From positions 38,530 through 102,529 of the forward strand of contig CAZDTP010000005.1 of NCBI GenBank assembly GCA_964508365.1: a stretch of 64,000 nucleotides of DNA, written 5' to 3'. The translations under genes were made by a program, and so were the position numbers. Below, one piece after another: positions 49,646 through 58,638 of the stretch (within the stretch, counting starts at the first letter, position 1; every line of letters starts with the position of its first letter). Under the pieces are notes generated by a model. That model searched no databases. It was not told the DNA's origin and saw only the letters and a list, made by a program, of their open reading frames with translations. This stretch comes from an uncultured archaeon (lineage in GTDB: Archaea > Asgardarchaeota > Lokiarchaeia > Sigyniarchaeales > SOKP01).

Positions 49646-51010
49646 TTAAACCGGTTTTTTAGCACCTTCTCCGACTTTCCGGTAAATGAATCCTAATTTT
49701 TCAACAGTTTTCTTATCGAATATGTTTCTTCCGTCAATAATAATTGGAGTATTTACTCTTTTTTTAAGATCATCCAAATCTATATCGTAATATACAGAAT
49801 GATTCGTAGTGAAAAGTAAAACATCAGCATTATCAACAGCTTTGTTGAAATCGCTTGTAAGTTCAGTAAGATTATAATCTCGCTCTTTTACAAAAGGATC
49901 ATGGGCTAAATAGATGATATTGTGTGAATGATATCGTGTTTTTAGGATTTTTACAATATTTTCAGTTGGAGTATTTCGGGTATCGTCAGTATTTGCCTTG
50001 TAAGAAACACCTAAAAGAGTGATTTTAATATTGTCTACTAACCGATGCGAGTCTCTAAATACATTTTCCATCAACTCGATCATATGATATGGCATGAAAT
50101 CATTTAATTTTCTTGCATCAGGAATAATTTTCATTTTCGATTCGTTAATTCTTTCAGTGTATTTGTTAAAACCGTAAAGTAAAAGCCAAGGATCCTTCGT
50201 GAGACAATGACCTCCTACTCCAGAACCGGGATAATGCATCATTCTGTCATGACGGTTATTGATTAAAGGGATAATTTCGAATATATTTCTATTAAAATCT
50301 TCACATAATAAAGCCATTTCATTTGCAAATGCGATATTCACATCTCTATAAGCATTTTCTATGCATTTTGTTAGTTCTGCTGTAAGCGTATCAGTTACTT
50401 GTAGTTCTTTTTTAACGACCTTACCGTATAAAAATTTAGCTCTTTCATTGGCTTGTTCGCATCCACCTCCTATTACGCGAGGAAAATCTGTAATATATTC
50501 AATTAATTTTCCCGGCATAACTCTCTCAAACGAAAACACTAAATAAAAATCAATTCCTCTTTTTAGACCACTTTTTTCCTCCAATATAGATTGAACAATG
50601 TTATCTGTTGTTCCAGGGGCGACCGTAGATTCAATTATTATTGTTGCTCCCTTTTTTATATATTTGGCAATATTTTTGGATACTTCCTTTAAAGAAGAAT
50701 ATCTTGGAACTTTTTCGTCATCAACGGGAGTTTGGACATCAATCAAAATGAAATCAGCTTCGTTTGCATCATCGTAGCTATCTGTAACTTTAAATTTTCC
50801 TGTTTTTACCACTCTCTCGATTAGTTGATCTAAACCCGGTTCTTCTCCCTCGTAAGGATTCTTACCGTTATTAAGCCAATCAATTTTCCATGCTGATCTG
50901 TTCGATCTCCGCTGAATTCCTGTAACATAGAAGTCATCAACATCAGCTAAAATTGCTGCCATAGGAATCCCAACATATCCCATTCCAATTACTACGATTT
51001 TTGTTGTCAT
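49646..51010 (-). CDS. Nucleotide-sugar dehydrogenase (UDP-ManNAc / UDP-glucose 6-dehydrogenase family, WecC-like)
   Basis: 454 aa. N-terminal Rossmann (IVVIGMGYVGIPMA), catalytic Cys segment (GGHCLTKDP) and the C-terminal UDP-binding domain. Confidence 0.85.
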   Translation of the reverse strand: MTTKIVVIGMGYVGIPMAAILADVDDFYVTGIQRRSNRSAWKIDWLNNGKNPYEGEEPGLDQLIERVVKTGKFKVTDSYDDANEADFILIDVQTPVDDEKVPRYSSLKEVSKNIAKYIKKGATIIIESTVAPGTTDNIVQSILEEKSGLKRGIDFYLVFSFERVMPGKLIEYITDFPRVIGGGCEQANERAKFLYGKVVKKELQVTDTLTAELTKCIENAYRDVNIAFANEMALLCEDFNRNIFEIIPLINNRHDRMMHYPGSGVGGHCLTKDPWLLLYGFNKYTERINESKMKIIPDARKLNDFMPYHMIELMENVFRDSHRLVDNIKITLLGVSYKANTDDTRNTPTENIVKILKTRYHSHNIIYLAHDPFVKERDYNLTELTSDFNKAVDNADVLLFTTNHSVYYDIDLDDLKKRVNTPIIIDGRNIFDKKTVEKLGFIYRKVGEGAKKPV

Positions 51011-51133
51011 TTTCTTAAATTAAAATTGAGTACTATTTTTGAGTTATTAGTGGATTAAATAAATCATAGTTCAATAAATTATAGATCAAAAAGTAAAAAA
51101 AAAGATAAAAAGTTAATTATTTGTTTTTTATAA

Positions 51134-51805
51134 TTACTTCGGTTTCTCCTTATAAGAACTACCTTTTACGGATTTAAAGATTATCGCTATTATTGCACCA
51201 GCAACAAAGCCGCCTACATGGGCAAAATGAGCTGTTCCAGTTAACTCAAAAGAGAAAAATGCATAAATCAATTCCGTAATAAAGTAGGTAATTATAAAGT
51301 AACTTGCAGTCACTTTACGCATGTAAGTTCCGGTAGGGAGATAAAACTTATTATTGGGATAGAGTATCACATATACTGCCATAAGGCCAAAAATCGCTCC
51401 GGACGCTCCAAGTGAAGGGATATATTGTGCTATTGTTGTCCCCCAGAAAGGAATGAAGACCGTACTCCAAGCGTGAAGCATTGTCGCGAAAATACCAGAA
51501 GCGAAATATGTTATTAAATATAGAAGATGCCCCATTGCGTGTTCGCAATTATCCGTAATAACCAAAAAAAACCACATATTCATAATAATATGAACGAAAT
51601 CTCCATGCATAAACATAGAAGTGAAAATAGTCCATAATTTCACTCCTGCAAAGAACTCTGCAGGGACAAAAGCTGCTTCAATATGCATTTGACCAGAAGG
51701 ATCCATCAATTGCCAAATGAAGAAACCTATATTCGCTATTAAAATTAAAACCGAAAAGTACTGCTTAAAAAAAGAAATTTTGTCATCAGTTGCTTCTAAT
51801 ACCAT
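51134..51805 (-). CDS. Rhomboid-family intramembrane serine protease
   Basis: 223 aa. HIIMNMWF (TM2 H-x4-N), GASGAIFGL (catalytic Ser), AHFAHVGGFVAG (catalytic His). Confidence 0.85.
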   Translation of the reverse strand: MVLEATDDKISFFKQYFSVLILIANIGFFIWQLMDPSGQMHIEAAFVPAEFFAGVKLWTIFTSMFMHGDFVHIIMNMWFFLVITDNCEHAMGHLLYLITYFASGIFATMLHAWSTVFIPFWGTTIAQYIPSLGASGAIFGLMAVYVILYPNNKFYLPTGTYMRKVTASYFIITYFITELIYAFFSFELTGTAHFAHVGGFVAGAIIAIIFKSVKGSSYKEKPK

Positions 51806-51960
51806 ATTAAAACATCGATTAGTTATTGTTTGATTAATACTTAAATAAATATATTGATTTAAAGAGTTATTTAAAATTATTCTAAATAATTAATAAAAAA
51901 TTGGAAAACTTTATCCAAGGAAATTAAAAATTAAAATACTAATTAATGCTTATTTAAACT

Positions 51961-53145
51961 ATGAAATTAGGTAAATCGAGTTTAAACGATATAGCAAGGA
52001 TACAACCAGATTCCGTGAAAAGAAGAAGAATTTCGAGTTATGATGTTTCTGGTGGCAATCATGATTGGGTTGATATCGAACCAAGGGAAAAGGTTGTAAT
52101 AGGCGAAGTGAATGATCCAGGTTGCATTACTCATATTTGGTGCACGATTTTATGCAAGTCACGCTATTATCTAAGGAATATTATACTAAGAATGTATTGG
52201 GATAACGAACAAGAGAATTCTCCGAGTGTAGAAGCCCCTATAGGAGACTTTTTCGGATTAGGTCATGCCAAACACAAAAATTACGTCTCATTACCGCTCC
52301 AAATGAGTCCTCAGTGGGGTAAAGGATTTAATTGTTGGTGGCCGATGCCGTTTTTAAAAGGGTTCAAAATTACAGTAGAAAACGATAATTCAAAACCCAT
52401 GAGATTTTTTTTCTATATCGATTACGAAATATATCAAGAGGGATTTGAAAACGAAAAAGATTATGGCCGGTTTCACGCTCTCTGGCATCGAGTAAATCCA
52501 ACAATACCAAAAAAGAAAGATAGCAATACGAGCAAGAAATTTACTAAAACAAAACCTAAAAACTATTGCTATGAAGGATGTAACATCGAAGACCCCCAAT
52601 CTCAGAATTATAAAATTCTCGAAGCCCGAGGAAAAGGTCATTTTGTAGGATGTCATTTAGATATTGATAACATAACATTTCTCCCGTGGTATGTAAATTG
52701 GCCAGGTGAAGGCGACGATATGATATATATCGATGAGGATATAGACAGAAAAACTCCCACCTTACACGGAACTGGAACCGAAGATTACGTAAACCAGTCT
52801 TGGGCGCCATTTCAGAAATATCACGCTCCCTACCACGGTACAATCAAAGCGGGGGGAATAAATTGGTGGGGAAAAATTTCTTATTACAGATACCACATTG
52901 AGGATCCTGTCTATTTCAACAAAAAGATTCTTGTAACCATTGAACATGGACACGATAATCATCGTAAAGATGATTGGTCTTCCACTGCCTATTGGTATCA
53001 GATAGAACCACACGATCAAGCTTTATTTCCTAACTTATTGGATAAAAAAGGAAGAAAACCACGCTTTCACTATGCACATATGGCTAGAAAAACATGTTGT
53101 ATTGTTTTAATACTTAGTATTGCATACGTTTGGATTTTTTTTTAG
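51961..53145 (+). CDS. DUF2961 / glycoside hydrolase family 172-like protein with a C-terminal TM anchor
   Basis: 394 aa. ISSYDVSGGNHDW and later GTGTEDY resemble the DUF2961 signatures. Hydrophobic tail (CCIVLILSIAYVWIFF). Confidence 0.7.
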   Translation: MKLGKSSLNDIARIQPDSVKRRRISSYDVSGGNHDWVDIEPREKVVIGEVNDPGCITHIWCTILCKSRYYLRNIILRMYWDNEQENSPSVEAPIGDFFGLGHAKHKNYVSLPLQMSPQWGKGFNCWWPMPFLKGFKITVENDNSKPMRFFFYIDYEIYQEGFENEKDYGRFHALWHRVNPTIPKKKDSNTSKKFTKTKPKNYCYEGCNIEDPQSQNYKILEARGKGHFVGCHLDIDNITFLPWYVNWPGEGDDMIYIDEDIDRKTPTLHGTGTEDYVNQSWAPFQKYHAPYHGTIKAGGINWWGKISYYRYHIEDPVYFNKKILVTIEHGHDNHRKDDWSSTAYWYQIEPHDQALFPNLLDKKGRKPRFHYAHMARKTCCIVLILSIAYVWIFF

Positions 53146-53229
53146 CTTTTTGACTTTATTGTTTAAAAAGTGAGCTGAAAAAATTAACAAGTGAAAATTA
53201 TAAGATATAATAATTTTTAACTAATATCT

Positions 53230-54237
53230 ATGTCAGAAGTTAATTTAATTAACGTAATTGTTGGAATAATTCTTGCTTTAATCACTACTTTTTGTTTTAA
53301 TATAGGAATTGTTTATCAAAAAAGGGGTTTGAAAGAAGCTGCAGTGAAGGGCATTGAGATAAAAACTGAAGAAGGCTTTATCAACGTAATAAAAACTTTT
53401 TTGAAGTTATTTAAAATTAGGCCATGGTTAATTGGTGCGATTTTAGGAGTCGTAGGTTGGTTTCCGTATATCATTTCTATTGGACTGGTTGGAGTTCTAG
53501 TTACAGAACCTGTAATGGCGACCGGTTTTATATTTTTTGTATTTGCAGCTATGAAAATATTAAACGAAAGAGTAGGCATTATCGAATACATTGCAATAGG
53601 AATATTAACGGTTTCGCCAATTCTCATTGGACTCGCCGGGATATCCGATGTTGATCTAAATCTGTACGAGTTTGTGCCTTCCCTTATTCTATTTTTAATA
53701 GTATCGCTTTCGCTCAGCATTATATCTTTGACAATCGCAAGGAAAAATAGAGGGAAGAGCTCTGAGGGACTCTTTATAATGTTTGGAGGCGCTATCCTTT
53801 TCGCTCTCGGAGGATCTGCTACAAACATATTAGCACAAGCGTTAATTCAGACAGGCGAAGGTTTTCAATGGTATACTTTATTCCAATTACCTTTTGGCAT
53901 ATTCTGGTTTATTTTTGGAGGAAACTACGCTGTTTTATGGGTATTTTTAGGATTTTGGATGATGGCTATTTTTAATCTTAGTAGTCTTCCGTATTATCAA
54001 GGTGGATTCCAAAAAGGGAAAATTCTTATAATGTATCCAATATTAGATTCAATTGCTTTACTCTTTCCCATTTTTGCGGGTATTTTTGTATTCAAGCAAA
54101 CTTTTGCGAATTTTCCGTTATTCTTTATTGCTTTACTCCTTACAGTTTTTGCGACAATAGTTCTAAGTAAGTATCAAGTAGCAGTTGAAGAGATGGGCAC
54201 TGTTCGTAACCCAACTAAAGAAAATGTAGATAGCTAA
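53230..54237 (+). CDS. DMT-superfamily membrane protein, NIPA-like (DUF803) putative Mg2+ transporter
   Basis: 335 aa with about 9 TM helices. FCFNIGIVYQKRGL and PWLIGAILGVVGWFPYIISIGLVGVLVTEPVMATGFIFFVFAAMKILNERV parallel the NIPA pattern (VLQKKG ... WWxG ... NFxAY ... VxPLGA ... L.EkL). Confidence 0.6.
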   Translation: MSEVNLINVIVGIILALITTFCFNIGIVYQKRGLKEAAVKGIEIKTEEGFINVIKTFLKLFKIRPWLIGAILGVVGWFPYIISIGLVGVLVTEPVMATGFIFFVFAAMKILNERVGIIEYIAIGILTVSPILIGLAGISDVDLNLYEFVPSLILFLIVSLSLSIISLTIARKNRGKSSEGLFIMFGGAILFALGGSATNILAQALIQTGEGFQWYTLFQLPFGIFWFIFGGNYAVLWVFLGFWMMAIFNLSSLPYYQGGFQKGKILIMYPILDSIALLFPIFAGIFVFKQTFANFPLFFIALLLTVFATIVLSKYQVAVEEMGTVRNPTKENVDS

Positions 54238-54429
54238 TCAGACATCTCCATAAAATCGGGCTGATATTACTGTTATTTTCTATTTTAAAATAATTCTACT
54301 AAAATAAAATTATTAAATTGACAATTTTTCAATCAATGTAATATATCAAATAGTAATTAATCAGAAAAAATTAACGAAATATCTTTTCAATAGTTCCTAT
54401 TATAGTTAGTTTTAATAGAAAGTCAATTA

Positions 54430-54813
54430 TTAGTTTGATTTTGTTTTGAGGATATTTTTAATGTAAGCTAAAATTTCATTACCAGAAACAGCTTTGACCA
54501 AGTAACCATCAGCTCCTAATTCCTTACCTTTTTGAATATCTTCAAAAAAATTTTTCACAGAAAATAAAACTACAAGAATATTAGGATATCGTGATTTGAT
54601 TTCCGTTAATATTTCATATCCGTTCCTTCCAGGAAGCATAATATCAAGCAAAATAAGCGCTATGTCGTCATGTTTTTCTTCTACTATATCTAACGCATCG
54701 TATCCATTACTACAAGTAATTGTTTCATATTTCTCCAATTGCAAAAACTTTTCAGTCAAATGTGTAATATCTTCCTCGTCGTCAACTATTAAAATCTTTT
54801 TTATTAATGACAT
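54430..54813 (-). CDS. Stand-alone response-regulator receiver domain (CheY-like)
   Basis: 127 aa. IVDDEED, phospho-acceptor LLDIMLP, conserved LFSVK and Lys (YLVKA). Confidence 0.85.
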   Translation of the reverse strand: MSLIKKILIVDDEEDITHLTEKFLQLEKYETITCSNGYDALDIVEEKHDDIALILLDIMLPGRNGYEILTEIKSRYPNILVVLFSVKNFFEDIQKGKELGADGYLVKAVSGNEILAYIKNILKTKSN

Positions 54814-55047
54814 TGAAACGCTAATTTCAGATAAATCTAATTTTTATTTAAAATTCTTAAAATTTAATCTTTTTTTAATAACTACCTAATATTGTTTCAT
54901 TTTAGTTATATAAAAAGTATATATAATTCGCAGGTTTTGATCCCTAGGCTCGATCAATTTTTTTATTTAAAAAGGGATTGAATCCTTGTGATTAAGCATT
55001 AAGAGATGTTATAAAAGTCCGATAATTGAACTAATAATCAATAAAAC

Positions 55048-55428
55048 TTAATTATTTAATATTTTCTTTACATAAGATCGAAGCTCGTTTCCTGAAAATG
55101 GTTTAGTTACATAACCATCTGCACCTAATTCCTTTCCTTTTTCTATATCTTCCTTAAAACTCTTAACTGTAAAAAGAATTACTTTAACATTTTTATAGGA
55201 ATCCTTCGATCTAATGGTTCTCAGAACTTCAAATCCGCTGAGCGCTGGCATCATAACATCTAACAATATTAATAAGATTTCATCATATCTTTCTTCTAGA
55301 ATTTTTAATGCTTCTTTACCGTTACTACATGTAAGGGTATTGTAATTATCAAGCTGTAAAAATTTTTGAACGAGACTAACTATATCAGGCTCATCATCAC
55401 AAATAAGAATAGAATTTTTATCTGACAT
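55048..55428 (-). CDS. Stand-alone response-regulator receiver domain (CheY-like), paralog of 54430-54813
   Basis: 126 aa. ICDDEPD, LLDVMMP, LFTVK, VTKPF. Confidence 0.85.
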   Translation of the reverse strand: MSDKNSILICDDEPDIVSLVQKFLQLDNYNTLTCSNGKEALKILEERYDEILLILLDVMMPALSGFEVLRTIRSKDSYKNVKVILFTVKSFKEDIEKGKELGADGYVTKPFSGNELRSYVKKILNN

Positions 55429-55541
55429 ATTAAATCTTAATTCCTTTTTTTAATCACTAATATTAAATTTCGTTTAAATATATCAATTTATTTAACTAAT
55501 TTATATGTATACTTTTTACTATTCTTAATTAAAATTCAATT

Positions 55542-56198
55542 ATGTCAAATCACGATAGCACTCCGAAGTTCCCTGACTCTTATCTTGGGAATAATTCCCT
55601 AGACTATGATTCATCAATATGGATGGAGAGAAATCAAAAAAAAACTACACTCCTTTGTTTACAATATTTGTATGATGAAAGATTAGATAATCTAGAGAAA
55701 CCGGATTTTTTAAAAGATGAATCTTTTTTCATTATTGATTTAGGCTGTGGAACTGGTTTTTCCACTGAGATTTTAATAGAGAGAGGTTTTAGAGTAGTTG
55801 GAGTCGATGTCTTACACGACATGCTTTCAAAAGTGAAACCTAAGAAGAATCATATGAACAATCAAAACAACCTCGAGCTCATTTTAGCAGATATAAACTA
55901 TATACCCTTAAGAGGTTCCTCAATTAATCACGCAATTTCTATCTCAGCCTACAATTTCATCACCCATAGAGCAGAGTCGATTCGAGACAAAACGAAAATT
56001 ACAAATAATACCGCAGAATATTTGTATAAAATATTAAAACCAGATGGAAGAATTATAATCGAATTTTACCCTAAAGACGAAAATGAGCTGGAAATGTTTA
56101 CTTCATCATTTAACAATAATGGGTTTAATGGGTTTGTCATCAAACAGAATCCTAATCAAAAATCAGGACAGACTTTCTTATTGCTAAAAAAGCGGTGA
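55542..56198 (+). CDS. Class I SAM-dependent methyltransferase, Bud23/WBSCR22-like
   Basis: 218 aa. IIDLGCGTGFSTEILIERGFRVVGVDVLHDML, INHAISISAYNFI and RIIIEFYPKDENELEMFTSSFNNNGFNGFVIKQNPNQKSGQTFLLL parallel human BUD23 as I recall it (LLDIGCGTGLSG ... WVGLDIS ... CISISAVQWL ... LQLYPENSEQLELI ... AGFSGGMVVDYPNS ... FYLCL). Confidence 0.7.
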   Translation: MSNHDSTPKFPDSYLGNNSLDYDSSIWMERNQKKTTLLCLQYLYDERLDNLEKPDFLKDESFFIIDLGCGTGFSTEILIERGFRVVGVDVLHDMLSKVKPKKNHMNNQNNLELILADINYIPLRGSSINHAISISAYNFITHRAESIRDKTKITNNTAEYLYKILKPDGRIIIEFYPKDENELEMFTSSFNNNGFNGFVIKQNPNQKSGQTFLLLKKR

Positions 56199-56345
56199 TT
56201 AAATATAGGAACATGTAAATTTTGCGGTAGCTCTGACAAAACCATTTCAAATATACTCAATACATGTAGGAATTGCATTATTAACAACAATTGGAATTTA
56301 ATTAAACCACACATCTTAGATGTTCATAAACAAGTTAGAAAGTTA

Positions 56346-57302
56346 GTGGAATTACCATCTACACCCCCAAGAGCAAGTAAAAATGAACTAAAGTTGAAAT
56401 GCAACTTCTGTATTAACGAATGTGCGTTATCTGAAAACGATATTAGTTATTGTGGGTTGCGAAATATTAGCAAAAATAAAAGTGGGAAACTACCATTACC
56501 TTCGAAACAAAAAGGATATATGCATGGTTACCTCGATCCGATACCTACCAATTGTTGTAACGCATGGTTTTGTTCTGCCGATAACAATACTTATTCTTAC
56601 GCAGCTTTTCTATATGGCTGCTCATTTGACTGTCTTTTTTGTCAGAATGCATCTCATAAACATTTTTCTAATTATAACTTAACTGATGTTGAACTTATAG
56701 CGAATAAAATATATATGAATAAAAAAATTACCTGTATATGCTATTTTGGTGGCACACCAGAAGTACAACTACCTTTTACAATTAATTTAGCTAATTTAAT
56801 TATTGAGAAGATTGAGAAGGAAGATATTTCACGAAAATTTAGAATATGCTGGGAATGGAATGGAACTGGGAATACGGGTTTGGTTGAGGAATGCATGAGA
56901 ATTGCAATTAGTTCCGGAGGTAATATTAAGTTCGATTTAAAAGCATTTAGCGAAAAGTTAAATATAGCATTATGTGGAATAAGCAATAGGCGAACGCTGG
57001 AAAATTTTCGATACTTGGGGGAAGAATATTTTGGTAAGCGAAATAATGATGTACCAGTAATGAGTGCCTGTACTTTATTAGTTCCAGGGTATGTAAACCA
57101 CGAAGAGATTAGTCTGATTGCAAAATTTATTAGTGATATTGACATAAACATACCTTATAGCCTGTTAATCTTCCATCCTGATTACCAGATGAAGGATTTA
57201 CCTATAACACCTCGAAAACAGGTAGATCAGTGTATCAACGCTGCAAAGAAATATCTAAACAGAGTTAATTTAGGAAATAAGTTTCTACTAGGATTCTCGT
57301 AA
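56346..57302 (+). CDS. Radical SAM enzyme (PflA/AmrS-like activase family); probably longer at the N-terminus (see finding)
   Basis: 318 aa from GTG 56346. Radical SAM CxxxCxxC (YGCSFDCLFCQN) and an upstream Cys motif (CNFCINEC ... YCGLRN). The same frame is open back to 56199 and encodes an extra CxxC-x13-CxxC. Confidence 0.8.
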   Translation: MELPSTPPRASKNELKLKCNFCINECALSENDISYCGLRNISKNKSGKLPLPSKQKGYMHGYLDPIPTNCCNAWFCSADNNTYSYAAFLYGCSFDCLFCQNASHKHFSNYNLTDVELIANKIYMNKKITCICYFGGTPEVQLPFTINLANLIIEKIEKEDISRKFRICWEWNGTGNTGLVEECMRIAISSGGNIKFDLKAFSEKLNIALCGISNRRTLENFRYLGEEYFGKRNNDVPVMSACTLLVPGYVNHEEISLIAKFISDIDINIPYSLLIFHPDYQMKDLPITPRKQVDQCINAAKKYLNRVNLGNKFLLGFS

Positions 57303-57453
57303 TTTTCTTTAAAATTTCCATAATATTCTATAAATTTAAGTCAATTTTTAGAGATTTTTCCAATTTTACGACTACTTTTCTTTCAATAACAATCATTAAT
57401 AGTAAAACAACATTTTTGTATAAATATTATAGGAAAAAAAATGGGATAGAAAA

Positions 57454-58551
57454 ATGAAGAGAGTCCAGACCATTGATATGATTCGAGGATTTTGTATATT
57501 TCTTATGGTATTCGGACACTTACTTGATTGGTGGATAATAATCTCGGATAGATGGTTAATTTTTTATTTATTCTCATTTATAGCGTCTATAGCCGCTACG
57601 GGATTTTTATTTATCTCTGGATTCAGCGCAGCAATAGCATTTAAAAGTAGGGTTAAAAAGGCAGAAATTTCTACTGACAATAGTATGACCCAGGCCAGGA
57701 ACATCTATATCATTCGAGCATTACTATTATTAGCAATAAGTTTAATTTATAATACAGCAATTGCTTTAACACTAAACGACTTGAGGTGGATTTGGGCTTG
57801 GAATGCTCTCCAAACAATTTCAATATCGCTCATATTGGCGTGGCCTTTATTACGCACCCCTAAATACTTGCGAATTGGTTTAGGAATTGGATTATTAGTT
57901 GTTAATGAATTGCTATCACCATTTTTACTTACATATAGCGGTCAACTAAATACTTATGGCGTTTTATTCCAGATATTTTATCATCCAATAGAAGCATTTA
58001 CGATTTTTCCTTATTTCGCAATATTCATAATCGGAACTGTAGTTGGAGATTTCTTCTTTAATTTCAATATCATTAAGGATTCAGATGAAAGGAAAGAGTC
58101 TATAAAGTGCGTGTTTATAAGGACGATATTAATAGTAGGGATAATATTTACTTCATTCGGAATTATATATCGTTTTTATGATTTTTTTTATCGCCGAACT
58201 CTTTCGGCTATGTTTTATTCTATTGGGGTTATCTTCATTTTGCTCGCAATACTCTTGTATCTCGAGGAATTTGAAAAAATAAAACCGAAAAAAAGATATA
58301 GATTCTTCTTTTATTTCTCATTTTACTCTTTTACTATCTATTTAGCTCACGATCTGTTGTATTTTATATTTTACCGTCAATTAAACGCTATAAATATCTG
58401 GTTAGTTGTTATAGCGATAATTATTTTAATAACACTTTTACTCAAGGGTATACATAAAACGTTAGGAAGAAAAGCCTCATTAAAAGCACAATTGGGTATC
58501 TTAAGTGTAATAATCGCAAATAAAATCGAACAAAGGAAAAGTAGAAATTAG
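57454..58551 (+). CDS. DUF1624 / heparan-alpha-glucosaminide N-acetyltransferase (HGSNAT)-like membrane acyltransferase
   Basis: 365 aa with about 10 TM helices. The N-terminal signature RVQTIDMIRGFCIFLMVFGH resembles the conserved D-x-x-RG ... H motif of the family. Confidence 0.55.
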   Translation: MKRVQTIDMIRGFCIFLMVFGHLLDWWIIISDRWLIFYLFSFIASIAATGFLFISGFSAAIAFKSRVKKAEISTDNSMTQARNIYIIRALLLLAISLIYNTAIALTLNDLRWIWAWNALQTISISLILAWPLLRTPKYLRIGLGIGLLVVNELLSPFLLTYSGQLNTYGVLFQIFYHPIEAFTIFPYFAIFIIGTVVGDFFFNFNIIKDSDERKESIKCVFIRTILIVGIIFTSFGIIYRFYDFFYRRTLSAMFYSIGVIFILLAILLYLEEFEKIKPKKRYRFFFYFSFYSFTIYLAHDLLYFIFYRQLNAINIWLVVIAIIILITLLLKGIHKTLGRKASLKAQLGILSVIIANKIEQRKSRN

Positions 58552-58638
58552 AAAATTAAGGTCTTTTAAGGTATTAATGATAAAATTTATTACATTTTGA
58601 TAATTTTTTTAACTACTCAATTAAAAAAAGTTTAAAAA

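Noticed and set aside
53316-53828. A 170-aa antisense ORF and a 76-aa same-strand out-of-frame ORF inside the NIPA-like gene.
   Set aside because: These are shadow ORFs of a membrane-protein gene, with no motifs. The sense frame has clear family similarity.
56196-56198. Reading the in-frame TGA as selenocysteine.
   Set aside because: The local context (KKR-TGA-LNIG) is not a redox Cys/Sec motif. It sits at a domain boundary between two unrelated enzymes, and I could not recognise a SECIS-like hairpin. It is kept only as a remote alternative in the finding.
56422-57151. ORFs 56422-56682 (+) and 56741-57151 (-) overlapping the radical SAM gene.
   Set aside because: These alternative-frame/antisense ORFs have no motifs. 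The radical SAM frame carries the CxxxCxxC signature.
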